Below, piece after piece: positions 40,925-55,100 of a stretch of DNA of 64,000 nt (positions are counted from its first letter, which is position 1; every line of letters begins with the position of its first letter). The position numbers were made by a program, and so were the translations under genes. This stretch comes from Veleropilina oligotropha (taxonomy: Eukaryota): contig JBEUKZ010000082.1 of the NCBI GenBank assembly GCA_048128005.1, forward strand, positions 1 to 64,000. The letters are read 5' to 3'. The notes beneath the pieces are model-generated. The model was not told the DNA's origin. It searched no databases and worked only from the letters and a program-made list of their open reading frames with translations.

Positions 40925-41241
40925 GTATTCTGCCATTCCAATTGTGCATGTTTTGACACCATTGAAAAAGTAGCAATCGTGTGTACTGCTAGTCTGAGAA
41001 TTATCTAGGTGAAGGAGCTGCCGTCGGCTTGTTCGCTCGATTATGCGTAGCGGTGCCCAATTCAACAGTTGACGTGACGCCACCAGAGAAATGCACTCTT
41101 CTTTATTAAACAGCACGCTACAGGCGCTTACTGGAAATCAATTCCTGAAGTGTCAATCGTCTTTCATTGTGCGAATGTGGATGGTAGCGATTTTTTTGTT
41201 CAAGTTGGCAACCTATTGCTCGAAAATTAGGTCTATCGTTA

Positions 41242-41934
41242 GGCTGTGTTAAATTGATACCTTGGTTCTTGTCCCGCACGCGCTCTGGTTTACACGTGTC
41301 GATTTCGCCCGCACTGCATGTCAACACACAAAAAAATATAAAACAATTGTTAAGTTTTTCTTGACATTTTTTGTCTTTGCAGACAGTATTCATGTGTTCC
41401 AAACATTATCCAGAAGTTTTTGGGCTGTTCTTGTTCACGTTCACATGACTGTTAACACTGTTCTTTGTTGAATGTTTCTTTACCATCATCATTATTTTGT
41501 TTTCAAATAATTGGGTCATGGTATCAAGTTCACTGCTTAATCAACTTATAGTGCTTCAAATTGCATCTTACAGATTTAATTAAGATTATTATCTAATACA
41601 TACACACACATGTAACACTAATTCATTATCATTCGATGCAAAATCTCCTAATCTATGGTATTTTCAACTGTTCACTGGTCTGTGAATATTAAAAGATTTT
41701 AAAAAATACACTATATTGTTATGTTTTCTTCTCGGAATTTAATTTAATTTATTAACCAACTATTACATGAATTTTAAGTTGCATTGGGTTATCAAATCAA
41801 AGGGCCAGCGGCACTTTAGGCTCGTGGTCAAAATAATCTAGAACATAATGTTGTGTGGAAAATGTCTGTTGTGTTTACCGCTTTGGTTTACCAGCATCAT
41901 GGGACAAGAAACAAGGACTCGATTTAACACGGCC
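41242..41934. mobile_element. PIF/Harbinger-like MITE
   Basis: ~34-bp imperfect TIR GGCTGTGTTAAATTG..CTTGTCCC; TTA TSD. A related left end occurs at ~52590. Confidence 0.78.
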
Positions 41935-43104
41935 TTACTTCATAAGTTGGCTTCAGCTTCAAAACCCTAAAACCCTAAAATTTGTGATCATGCGTATAAG
42001 TAGTTCTTAAAGAGGGACTTGCAAAAATGTAGGTCGAATAAAATAAATGTTATTTAAAATGATCAAAGACTCACTGTACATAGCTACTTGTAGAATGCCT
42101 TCTTTAACCAATAGTCAGAGCTTGTCGTTTTAAGAAACACTGAGAAATGAACTTCAAAATGCTAAAATGTTGATATAAATATTGAACACTTATTCCAGTA
42201 AGCTGTAGCTGAGCTTACTTGCACTACAAGGTATAAGGTACTGTCTTAATTGGTCCAATATTAACGTTACTCGAATGAGCTCCCGAACACCTGAAAAAAC
42301 TCAGTCGCCCCAACCAGTTATATATATCTAGATCTATGTATTATAGTTACAATTTCGCAAGACTTGTAAACTGCTCGGGTGTTTAGGTGTTAGTCAGTAA
42401 TGGAGGGGCATGTGGTTATCGTTCAAGAGAATAGTGTTAATCAGCCATCTTGGTTTGGATGCTGGATGCTAGAGCTACGATATATACACGCCTCAATGCT
42501 GGATGTCTGTTGGCGATATGGAGGCAGTAAAGTGGCCGGATGAGTGTAGGCTCCATCGCTCCAGGCACAGGCATACATCATAGATCTCGGTAACTTCGTG
42601 AAGGTCACTCGATAGATATCGAATAGGCGCGAATACTAGTAGGCTACTTGAATACTGTACTAGAAATATGGATGGTGTTAGATGTGGTAACGAAAATATC
42701 TTTGTACCTAGAGGCTGTATCGTGCCATGCGATATAAATAATGATTAAACCGGTATATTGATAAAACAATCGCTGAGTACCACATGGACTAAGGTGCTGA
42801 TTACTAATACTGAAAGATTTTCTTACAATCTGAGAATAGATATATATTTTATGTCATCTTCAATAACTCTAATCATATATTAGATATTTAAAAGCTGCAA
42901 TGCTCTGTGATTGTGTGTTCATGATATCGTCTGGACCGACAAAGAACGTATCCACTTCTGTGATTTCGCTTAGTTATTATTTATTAATTTATCGTACCAT
43001 CGGGGGGCATACACTGATGGAGCTTGTGGATTTATTGGGATACCGTTCTAGGTCAAATACAATTTAGATTTATCACTCAAATATGTCCATAACCGATGAA
43101 TGCT

Positions 43105-43376
43105 GGTGGGTTTCAGTGACCATTATAGGTCTCTTCCCATGACGGCGGGTTTCAGTGACTATTATAGGTCTCTTCCCATGATGGCGGGTTTCAGTGACTG
43201 TTATAGGTCTCTTCCCATGATGGTGGGTTTCAGTGACCATTATACCGGTAGGTCTCTTCCCATGACGGCGGGTTTGTGACCAGTATAGGTCTCCTCCCAT
43301 GACAGCGGGTTTCAGTGACCATTTTAGGTCTCTTCCCATGACGGCGGGTTTCAGTGACCATTATAGGTCTCTTCCT
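43105..43376. repeat. 39-bp minisatellite x7
   Basis: GGGTTTCAGTGACCATTATAGGTCTCTTCCCATGACGGC. Confidence 0.93.
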
Positions 43377-44358
43377 ATTTGGTTTGGGTAATAAAACATC
43401 TCCACTTTCAACTGAATGCAAAACATAGTTTGATTGGATGCCTTTGAAAAGTTCCTGAAGATGTAATGGAGCAATTCCATTTATAGACTAAAATTGCTGT
43501 CTGATATTGCATTCTTATATCTGAATAGTGGCTCAGAATGAGCATCATACATATATGGTTTGTCAAGAATGATGCGTGCTGCTCGCTTTTGCAATTTTAT
43601 AAGTCTATCCATATCTTTGTTTGAACAATGTCACCATATAGTTAGGCAATAGTCAAAAATTGGTTGGATGTATGCATTGAAATAGAGAACTCTAGATTGA
43701 TGACGGAGATATGGTTTGCTTCATGATAAGAGGGCTATTTTTGAAATTTGTCTGCTTTGTTATAGGTTATATGGATATCATCTGATACTCTGGCAATGAT
43801 ATTTAAATTTTAATAAAATTTTATATAATTAATGAAAATACGATGGTCTCTTTGGACATAAAAGTTTAGGTTAGTTTTTTGTGTCCGCTCTACAGTGAAA
43901 ATCCGATTTGATTGAAATTCGCTATGCAAGTTAGTTTTTATGAGGACACGCCGCCTAACGATTTTTGTCGTTTTTGGATTCCAAATGGCCGCCATGGTGG
44001 CCATTTTGTTTTGAAGATATTTCTTGTGTCAGCCGTATAGTGAAAAGTTCTATTCTGATTTCATTCAAATTTGGTATGAATGTTCGTTATGATGAGGACA
44101 CGCCGCTTAATGATTTTCATCGTTGGCGTATTCAAGATGGTCGCCGTGGTGGCCATTTTCTTTTGAAGAAATTTCTTGTGTGCACTATACAGTGAAAAGT
44201 TCTCGACCAATTTGATTTGTTTCAAGAGATTTGCATTCTGTTTGATGTTTTATCAATGAGTGCATTACTACATACTGATTCATACATAAGTGAGCTTTGT
44301 TGTTAGCCACCTTTTACTCTAGCAGTTTTTTTTATGGAATTTAGTATAACATATTAAG

Positions 44359-45215
44359 CAGGGCTCGATTTATATGGTAGTCCTGGAGCCCCAGGCTCCT
44401 AGAAATGGCATGGGGCTCCTAGATTCTTTGGTGAGCACTTCATAGGATTTAGAAGAATCTGAATATGTAATAAACATGATATTCTCTTATTATTACAAAT
44501 TTTCAGCATAAAAGACTGACAAACTGAGCCAAGAAGGAAGTTTATAATGATTACATAACATTTGTTTTGAGATATTACCAGGCATGAGATTCTTCAGGTT
44601 TTTTCCTGAATTCAGGTTTTTCTACTTCCCAATGACTGTTTTTCTAATTCGTCTAAATCAGGGGAGAAGTTTGGGGGGGGGGGGGGTGAAGGCCTTGCCT
44701 ACCTGTTAAAATAGTTTGCAATGTCAGAACTCTTCAAAAATGCGTACATTAGTACATAATTCGACAAAATTTTTACCGAAACCACACGACTGTCGAAGCA
44801 GCCCTTCAGTAATTGGAAGAAGTGACCAGATTTTAACAATTTTTTTGAAAAATATGAATGTCATCTTCATGATATGTTGGTATTTGGGAAGCCCTGATAA
44901 TGATCAAAAATGGGCTGGAATGCAGCTGAGAGCGTCTAGGGTCTCTGAGCTTCCAGGGGCCTGCGGCCCCTGGACCCCGGCTTATATTAGTCCAGTTCAG
45001 GTTTTTTCATAATTTCCCAGTCTCATGCTTGTATTACGTGGAATCCATAGTGAGGTCCTTTCATATCTTTTATGGGAGATAAAATGGATGTTGTATAAAT
45101 AGCACGAGCATAATATTAGAAGGGCTCCTGAAAATTAGTGTGGGCTCCTACTACTAGATTTGAAATGCTAGGAGCCCCATGGGCTCCTGGATTTAAAATG
45201 CTAAATCGAGCCCTG
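44359..45215. mobile_element. MITE with CAG ends and 5-bp TSD
   Basis: TIR CAGGGCTCGATTTA / TAAATCGAGCCCTG; TSD TTAAG. Confidence 0.87.
44579..45031. mobile_element. Nested MITE with 6-bp TSD
   Basis: TIR CAGGCATGAGA / TCTCATGCTTG; TATTAC on both sides. Confidence 0.75.
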
Positions 45216-45620
45216 TTAAGCCACCACATGGGCATTCTTGTGGCGTTCCACAACGTTTTTCTATTTCAATATGTTATATCTGATTCAATTAAGGGCAATT
45301 TGTAAAGCTTAGTAATGAAGCTATTTGTAAAGCACAGTTCAATCAGTCCTTCCTTACAAAACAATCGAATCAAATAAGCTTTATATGACGCCGGCTTGGT
45401 ATATAAACAAAGACGCTAGCTCACAAGCTATTTGACCGACTTAAAACCAAGAGCATTTGCCAATTATATGACTTAGTCTTCAACGATTTAATTGCATTGA
45501 TAATACCTGCTTTCTTTCGGTGGTTTTTAATTCCAATACGTTTTCTTTTGATGACATAGAACGAGATTAATCTTTTACGTTTGTTTCTTTACACATTCAA
45601 TATGTATTACTGCCACATTT

Positions 45621-45883
45621 GGGAGGCCGCTTCGGTAGCGCAGTGGGTAGAGTGTCCACTCTAACTTCACTGGCTTGTTTCCGCTGACGCGAACAGTAGT
45701 GGGATCGACCCCCGGCTGAGGCAGCACACATTTGTTCAAGTTATGAAGCACAGTTGTCCGTGACTGGCCGAAGAGGGCGGGTTTACCCGGCGACCGGGGT
45801 TTCCTCCCGCGATAACACGGACATGTCCTGCCTTGAACCTCGATGTTATAAATATACAGGATATTAAGCATAATTCCTCCTCC
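45621..45883 (+). mobile_element. tRNA-derived SINE, same family
   Basis: Near-identical to 1135-1400; TSD GCCACATTT. Confidence 0.92.
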
Positions 45884-46172
45884 GCCACATTTGACTCGAG
45901 ATTGTTATATGCAGAGTTTTAACTAAATTAACTAGTACTTTTGATGTTTAATCACCGTGACCATATAATCTTGATTGCCAAGCTAATCAAAAGCTAATCA
46001 AGTACGTACTTAAGTTACTAAATACTTTTTTGCTGACAGGCATTTCAGTGATGTAATCTAAGTTTTATTGGCATGCCGCAAAAATCAACACACATTTTCG
46101 TTTGTATCTGGTCATCGCATTATTTTCAATTTCTATTTCATTTCTATTTCTACAATATATTGTTTTTTACAG

Positions 46173-49100
46173 GGTGAAGATGCTAAACATACAAATCATG
46201 TAGCAAAGAGTGCAGGCCATAAAGTGAGTACCATGTCATGCTTTTAATATAAGTGTACCGTCTAGGTATACATACTTTGGTGAGCATGCCCTATAATATA
46301 TACATGTATGCATGCGGACACATAAAATGCAAGTGCACACCAGCAACTTCTAGGGTCGCACCCCTTGTTGAGTGGGTTATTAACTTAGTGTTGCTCCATA
46401 TTCATTCGTACTGATTACATTACATTAAGTTCGTTGAGTGGGCCCGAATTATCAGCCCGACACTTGAACACTCAAAATTGTCCGTAATTGACCTCTGCGA
46501 GCGGGCATTAAATCACCAGGCGACCGACTTTCCTTCCACGATATTAAGGAGATGTGTTAAATGGGATATTAAGCATCGGTCCAAACTGAAACCAACAACT
46601 TAGTACTGTTGCATGTGATCATCCTGAGACGGAGCACGTGTGCAATTTGCCAAATCCGTTCCTGTAAGCAGTGCAGTTTCTCATGTTTCATTGGTCGACT
46701 CGAGGCGTACTCCATTATAGATGTCACGATTTTCCAAAGGTTTAAATTTACTAAATTTCTGTGAGGATTTCTATTCTTGATTCATCACACTTGAACAATA
46801 AAAATGAACAAGTTTGCCTTCTGTGAGGATTTCTGTGGTAGCTGCATCACACCGCAATTGAAATGAAATTGGCGATGCACATTCTAATATATTGTAATAT
46901 GTAATATATATGCCAGTATGTCAAACTTTCGACAGTTAATGTCACTTTATAAATTTATATTGCGAAATCAGGTAAAATACACTGTAACAGGAACTGGTAC
47001 AACAGATGTGTGCACCTGATTGACTGTCATATACTGTATATATATATATATGATAATGACATTATTCACGGGTTTTTCACTATCAGAACTTTGTATTCTC
47101 ATATTGTTGCATTGATTTTATATATATCCATATGTTTTGCCAAGTTGATATTGTCAAGCTAATTATATTTTAGGGAATTGAAGAACATTGATAACATTTG
47201 ATGATCTACTTGTAGGAAAGTACTTTACGTGTCGATTTTAAAGTCAAGTAACACGCACCACTTCAGTTGAACGTCCCTGTTGCATAAATGCTGTCAGAGC
47301 GTATACATCTATATAGCAATACGCAAGTTTCACGGTGTGTGGAAACTTCACATAAATTTACTTGTCACTACATAGTCCATAACCGACAGAAGCGCATGGG
47401 TTTCACTGCATGAATAATCAATAAATATGGTGTCTTCTGCAATGTTCTCCCGGGACTCCTCGTTTATGCTGTGTATGTTTCTCGTTCCAGAAATCTGATG
47501 ATGGGTTGATAATGATAGATGATGACGAAGACCACGTACGTATCTCGGTTATCGTGCTCATCAGCATCAAGCAAACATATTTGGTGCTACATGTATACAT
47601 ACGTATATCACAGCCTATATATATATATATGAAGACTTTGGATGCAAAACGCGATATATCCATATTTCCCATTTTATATAAAACACAAATTTATATCTGG
47701 AATATTGTGTTGTGAATTAATCAATTGTCAATTAATAATACAAGTGGGCCATAATGCAGTACATAACGCCGTGTATTTCTAAAAAATCGCTCTTTAATTT
47801 AGTTATGACAATTATGATGATTTAGATTGCATTTTACTGCAAAACGCGATATATCCATTGTATCCATATCTAAAATTGTTATATTACGCAGTGCAGACAA
47901 ACTAAGGAATAAAGCGAGGTGCATTGTTAACTGACATTGAATCATCTTTACTATGGCTTAAGTAAGACAAGCAGTGTTTCAGCGCCAAGTTTTCACCATT
48001 TTTTATTGATACCATATGCTCGCTAATCTCGTCCAACCCATCCGCCATTTTATTCATCACGTGACCGTTGCCGATGAACCGGCCAATGAAATTGCCGCAT
48101 TTTGGATATATCGCATTTTGCATAAAAGATCGATTGGATATATCGCATTTTGCAAGGGTATTTTAAATGGTGTATATCACAGTATGCGAAACCATCGATG
48201 TACTATTATAACACTCTTAAGAAGGGGAAGTAATTTATACCAATAACTCAAATTTTATCAAAATGGCGTATATCGCGTTTTGCATCCAAACTCTTCATAT
48301 ATATATATATATAACAATTTCGCTTTTCTGTTTTAAATATTTACCCCTCTTATCTTCAAGCATAAACACCTAATAAGAAAAACGGATGTCGATGATTTTA
48401 CGCCATTTCTGTTTTTTTACGCCGTCTAGGTTAATCCCTCTGCCACCGTTAAAATATTAATATACCACTTCCCTGTATCCTTGGAAACCATTGGGAACAC
48501 GTCATCGTCCATTTCCACTAATGATTTGATGGATAATGCCCTTTATGGCGCTTCCAATATTTCATGTAACAATCGTTAAGAACCGATAATAACGTTCATT
48601 GTCCAATGACGTGCAAAGTAATCTAGATGAAAGACAATGTTGAATACAGCAGTCGACCGTCCACTGTTTGTTTATTGCAGCAGTAGACGAACATCATATT
48701 CACCACCAAAAAATCTTTATTTTCTAATTTATTTCCATTATATTAATGTGTTGTCAACTAATATAAAAAATATTCATATTCACAGTGTTTTTAGTGGCAA
48801 TTTAAAAGTGATGATTTGTGTTTTTAATATTCCCGATTCAATATTATTAAAAAAAATTGACAGTGTGTTAGAGACATAAAAGAGACGTTGAAGTAAATTT
48901 AATAATTTTTCCATTAATTCGTTGCATACTTTGAGCATTTCCTTTGTATCGATCATAAAGTAATATTATTTAACCTGGGGTTTGAACCTTGATTGCTCCA
49001 GGAGATAAATAAATGAGGGGGGAGGAATGATGCTTAATGTCCTGTATATTTACAACATCGAGGTTCAAGGCAGGACATGTCCGTGTTATCGCGGGAGGAA

Positions 49101-52100
49101 ACCCCGGTCGCCCGGGTAAACCCGCCCTCTTCGGCCAGTCGCGGACAACTGTGATTCATAACTTGAACAAATAGCAATGCCTCAGCCAGGTATTGAACCC
49201 ACTACTGTTCGCATTAACGGAATCAAGCCAGTGAATTTAAAGTGGACACTCTTACCCACTGCGCTGCCGAAGCGGCCTGATAAATAAATGAGCACTACAA
49301 GTTGTCCTATCTACATTGCACAGGTGTGAGATAGTATGATTATATTTTAACTATCACGTGCTAGCTAGCTGGTGTGTAGTTTCAAAAGGCTTGCCTCAGG
49401 GATTTCTTAAATTGGATATACATGTTTATATATATTATAAGCGAGTGTTTGAATTGTGAAAAGATATTCATGAAGCACTTCATTTTGAAAATTAACAATA
49501 ATCGAATCACATGGAAATCACTGGTTCTTGTCAATCACTGAAGACGTTAAGCAACATGAGTGGGATCCGTGTACTAGTCGGCCTATGCGTGAATCATCCC
49601 GGTGCTATAGACAACCTGTCATGCCTGTATGACGAAAGAGATAAATTTTAAATGGGGTCCTGATTTCGATAAGACTGATATTTCTAAAACTAAAACTAAA
49701 ATCAAATCAAATATTTTAAAAAGTCACTGACGACTGTTTTTTAGTGTTGAAGTTTTATTAATTTTGTTCTTAGTTCCCTGACACATCCAGCAATTAATCA
49801 ACCAATCAATTAGTTCGCTGACACATCCAGCAATTAATCAACCAATCAATTAGTTCCCTGACACATCCAGCAATTAATCAACCAATCAATTAGTTCGCTG
49901 ACACATCCAGCAATTAATCAACCAATCAATTAGTTCCCTGACACCTCCAGCAATTAATCAACCAATCAATTAGTTCCCTGACACATCCAGCAATTAATCA
50001 ACCAATCAATTAGTTCCCTGACACCTCCAGCAATTAATCAACCAATCAATTAGTTCCCTGACACATCCAGCAATTAATCAACCAATCAATTAGTTCCCTG
50101 ACACCTCCAGCAATTAATTAACCAATCAATTAGTTCCCTGACACATCCAGCAATTAATCAACCAATCAATTAGTTCGCTGACACATCCAGCAATTAATCA
50201 ACCCATCAATTAGTTCCCTGACACATCCAGCAATTAATCAACCAATCAATTAGTTCCCTGACACATCCAGCAATTAATCAACCAATCAATTAGTTCCCTG
50301 ACACATCCAGCAATTAATCAACCCATCAATTAGCATATTTCGATCTTTTAAAATAATGACGTTATGTTATTGGATGGTATTGAAAGATTTGATTCTTCAG
50401 TTTATCAGTCTGTTATGTCGAGCAAAATGATTGGCTCATTCACATTGACTTATATTTTCCTCGTACTTGATTTGTTCAGTCTGTGCGTCAGTTGGTCTTG
50501 AATTTTTTCATGACTAATAGTTTATATTTTTTTCAAGAAGTACCGACTTTCTATACGGATCAACTCACAGAGGTTGTTTAATTTTGAATATTGTAAAACA
50601 AAAATTTGCTTATAGTTTTGTGGATGCAATGCATTTACTGGTATCTCCAGGATTTGTATTTTAAAGTTAATATATTTTAAATTGGCTATTTTGAGCATAT
50701 ATGTATAATTTATAGTCCCTTGAAACATGAATGCAATGATATGATTGGGGAAAAATCGCCGCTTTGTGGCAACCACTTGTTTTCCCTCTATTTTATTTGT
50801 TTATTTATTATCCTGCTTTATTGAGAATATATAGACAGTAATCATCTATTGGTGGAGGTCATGCTATCATGTTGTAGATCTATATAACTTCCTGCACCCA
50901 TCCTGTCAAGCCAAGTGCGGCCATCCAATGTCCTTTGTGTGCGCTGTTACTTCTGTGAAGTCCTTTCAATATGGCTCCATTGTAGAGTGCATATTACATC
51001 CTGTGTTGGGCCATTAGACATGAGAAAACTTCTATTTACTGCACATTATTTCATCGTAATATGGAACAGCTTTGACCTGCTTGGTTTCATGTGATACGGA
51101 TGTTTTTGACATTCTGTTTTGGGTCATGCGTCACAAAAATAGTTTTGATTCATTGAATGTACTGATAGTTTAGGAAATTTGAGCTTGTTTACAAAATAAT
51201 CCGAGAGAAATGAGAACATGATCTATATTTGTCATGTTATTTGTGATATGACCATGTCTTCAGGAGTATTTAACATGCTAGAACATGTTCTGTGAAATTG
51301 TAGTTAGGCCAATAAAATTGTCTTGGATCTTGTCACCCGACCCTACTTATAAATTTCTTTGTGATTTATTTGTTAAAAAAAGACATCTCACTGCTGACCC
51401 GACAGTCTTGTCGATCCTATTTGCTCACATAATAGTTTTATGGTGTGCCACTAGTCTATTAAATAGACAGTAATCATTAATAATATTGAAATTACAAATC
51501 ATATGTCATCTTTTCATATCCTATAATGTATGGTCTGAAGGCAGCTCTGGTTGCTATGCACATGGCCTCTGGTCGCTATGCACATGGCCTCTGGTCGCTA
51601 TGCACATGGCCTCTGGTCGCTATGCACATGGCCTCTGGTGACGACTCTGAAATCACTGGCTAGACTGCTCCATCTAACAGGAGTGAGTTCATATCTCGGT
51701 TGGAAAAGAGACATTCTTTGTTTAGTTCTCAATCTCAGTTACAATTGCATTAAACTGGCTTGAGGGGGCGGGTTTCCCTGGCCGAAGGTTGTAAATATAC
51801 ATGGCATTAATTATATATAAGCATCCATGCAATCCAAACCCATGTTGGTATGTCTGTCTGTCGTCTTGTCATCGTCAACTTTTCAAATTACAGTTAATTT
51901 TTCGTAAAATGTCTTCACTGTTAAATGTTCTTGTCTCTTGTCCTTCAGGGAGCCAACTTAATCACTGGCAGCGGCAGTTTTGACGATGAAGATGGAGAGA
52001 GCGGGTCCGGAATAGACGATGACGACACGGAGGGATCCGGAATGACAACCAAAGGTCCGTATTATGCTCGGGTTGCCGTTTTTATCTCGGGTTGCTGTAA

Positions 52101-55100
52101 TAATCTCGGGTTGCCATATGATTATACACACCATGGGGAAAATTATGTGAACAATAGGCCTCCTAGTGTTAATTGACCCATTGTTTTTAGACAATGGTTA
52201 ACTCGGCTAGCCGGCCAGACTAAATTGAGCGACAATACATTTGACAGCTTGCCAATGGAAGAGTCTACTCTCAATTGCATGCCCCACCATATCGCCTTCT
52301 AGAGCATGATATGAATGTTTTAAGGGGTTACAGCTTGCAATTTACAATAGATTTCCGCGGTGTGTATAACAGATCATACAACAGCCATCCCTCGGCGATA
52401 TACATATAATAGCCTCGTTCTGACGCTCTGGAATGTGAATGATAACACTCAGGCTGTCGGGACAGGCCTGCACAAATTGAATTTTTGCACAACCGTTTAT
52501 GGGTTACGCCAATTAGTAATTGCATAACCCATTTTTGGGGTATTACCCTTTTTTATGCGAAACTTCTTCAATTCATTTATAATACTTTAGGCTGTGTTAA
52601 ATTGGTTCCTCGTTTCTTGTCCGATGACTATGGACACGAAACTTGATGTGTGCTTGCATCATAGCCCAAAGGTGTGTCGTGTACCGAAAGTAGGTCACCG
52701 TGACCTACTTTTCACACTTGATCAAAAATTCCCTTCCGCTCCATATCTCACATCCTATATTGCAGAAGGTGAAATTTGTAAATTGATTGTTGACGTCATG
52801 AATATGTGGCATTGGGTGTGATAAATAATCCTGTTTTTACCTACTCAATAAAGTTTAAAGAGCAACAAATGCTGTTATGAAAAGAACTAATGTTGCTTTA
52901 TCAATATTAAACTAATCCTACAATCAAAGAACATGAAATGCGCGTGTCGCGCATGACTAATATGTATGTCGATTTCTCTTTCATCGACACAATTTGACGT
53001 CTGCTCCCGACGGAGGTACACAAAATTGTAACAATTTTAAACACTTTTCCAGAATAATTTTGTAAAAATGCAACGTTAATATGTTAGTTTCCATCTAAAA
53101 TAAGTTCGAGTCGGTGCCAATAAGGCAGCAATGAATGAAATGTACAACAAACAGATTGCATAGCGGAAACTAAATTGCAAACTAGGCCTAATACATTGTA
53201 TTTTGTATGCTATGACTATCGGAAGTTAAAAGATCTTACCTGAATGACTGCACTGCACTTAATATTTCAACTAAATATTGGTTAGTTGTAGTATTTTCTC
53301 TTGACCGTGGCCATGTTTTTCTGATCGATTAAATCGCAATCCGCATATCGCCGAAATCGCATGGTAGAAAAAAGTCTGATACACTGTAAATGACCCTGTA
53401 TGACCCGCTCTCTCATTGGATGTTGTTCTTATCATTGATAAAATTGTCCAATCAAAATTGCATTAGAAGTCGATATTAAACACTTCAACAGGTTGATATC
53501 GTTTTTAATAAACACTTTCTCCCTATGCAAAATGACCCGGATATATGATAAAAGATGTTTTATGTTGATATTAAATAGTTGTATGCAATAAAATACCTTT
53601 ATTGTGATGTCTGTGTTGTTTATTTTGCTTACTTGTATCGTAAAATCCGAATCGTAAAATCCGAATAAAATTGCTGTGTTTGCGCTCCCGATATTGCGAC
53701 ATTCCAATAACAATGGCCGCCATGTTTGGTGTCGTATTAAACTGTTGGATTTGCTGTCTCAAACTAGATCATTCATTCGATGTGAAAAGATCTGATAAAC
53801 CAATGAAACGCCTCGAAACATCGCTAATCACTTGTATGATGGGCGACAAACGTATACCAAAGCGGTTATTTGAATGGTCATATAGATCACATGAGGTTAA
53901 CGCCGTCGTTTCATTGGCGGTCGCTATAAACAGACCGCAGCGCCCCCTGTATTTTGAAGCAATGGTCATTCAAGAATGTCGCTGACGTTTATCGGAAATA
54001 TCACCTTTTACAAAAGCGAAATACTGCGTGCAGTTGGAATAAATTGAAATGAAATGGACACTACACCTAATGGAAGGACTGCTATTTCGAAACAAGCTTA
54101 TGAAAATACCTTTGCGGCGGTCGGAGTTGGCTTTTACCGACGTGTGCACAGCGCACATGCTCATATATTACAGTATTGGGTTGACGACCAATTAGGGTGC
54201 CATTAATAACACATTTATGGTAAATAAATTAATTTAAATTCAATTTTCCGTAGGCAATGACAAATGTGAATAATATTAATACAAACGGTCATAGGTCAAG
54301 GGGTAAAACTAAAATTATTTAAGGGAGCACTATCCAACATTTTCTAAAAAAAAAAAACCGGTCATACTATATTCACAAATCCAAACGAGATAAATAAATT
54401 TTCCCAGTCTGAAGCATGAAAATTCAACAAGGCTCAACTTAGTAATAATTGGTAATTAATCTGCATACAAAAGAAAGTTTATTATTCATTTTTTTTGTGA
54501 TGAAGCAATTTCAGCTGCATAGACATTCTGCAACATCTTCGACTGGAGAGGGTCCATGGATTAGGTGGGATACTGCCTTATAATTAATATGTAAATAGGC
54601 TGTGATATTTTTATTTGTCACACAAATCAAGAAACATTAAGAGGAAGGAGGAATTATGCTTAATGTCCTGTATATTTATAACATCGAGGTTCAATGCAGG
54701 ACATGTCCGTGTTATCGCGGGAGGAAACCCCGGTCGCCGGGTAAACCCGCCCTCTTCGGCCAGTCACGGACAACTGTGCTTCATAACTTGAACAAATGTG
54801 TGCTGCCTCAGCCGGGGGTCGATCCCACTACTGTTCGCGTCAGCGGAAACAAGCCAGTGAAGTTAGAGTGGACACTCTACCCACTGCGCTACCGAAGCGG
54901 CCCAAGAAACATTAAACAATTTTTATCAGTTCATGAATTCATATACAAGGCAATGCTTATGAAATAAAATACAAATCAATTGAACAAGCTGGCCTTTTCT
55001 CTCTCAATATAAAAATATATAATATTGAGATAGTCTGTGTGGTAGACTACCGCTATTTGTTTTGATGTATGGAAACTCGCATCCCATCCAAATATATTAT

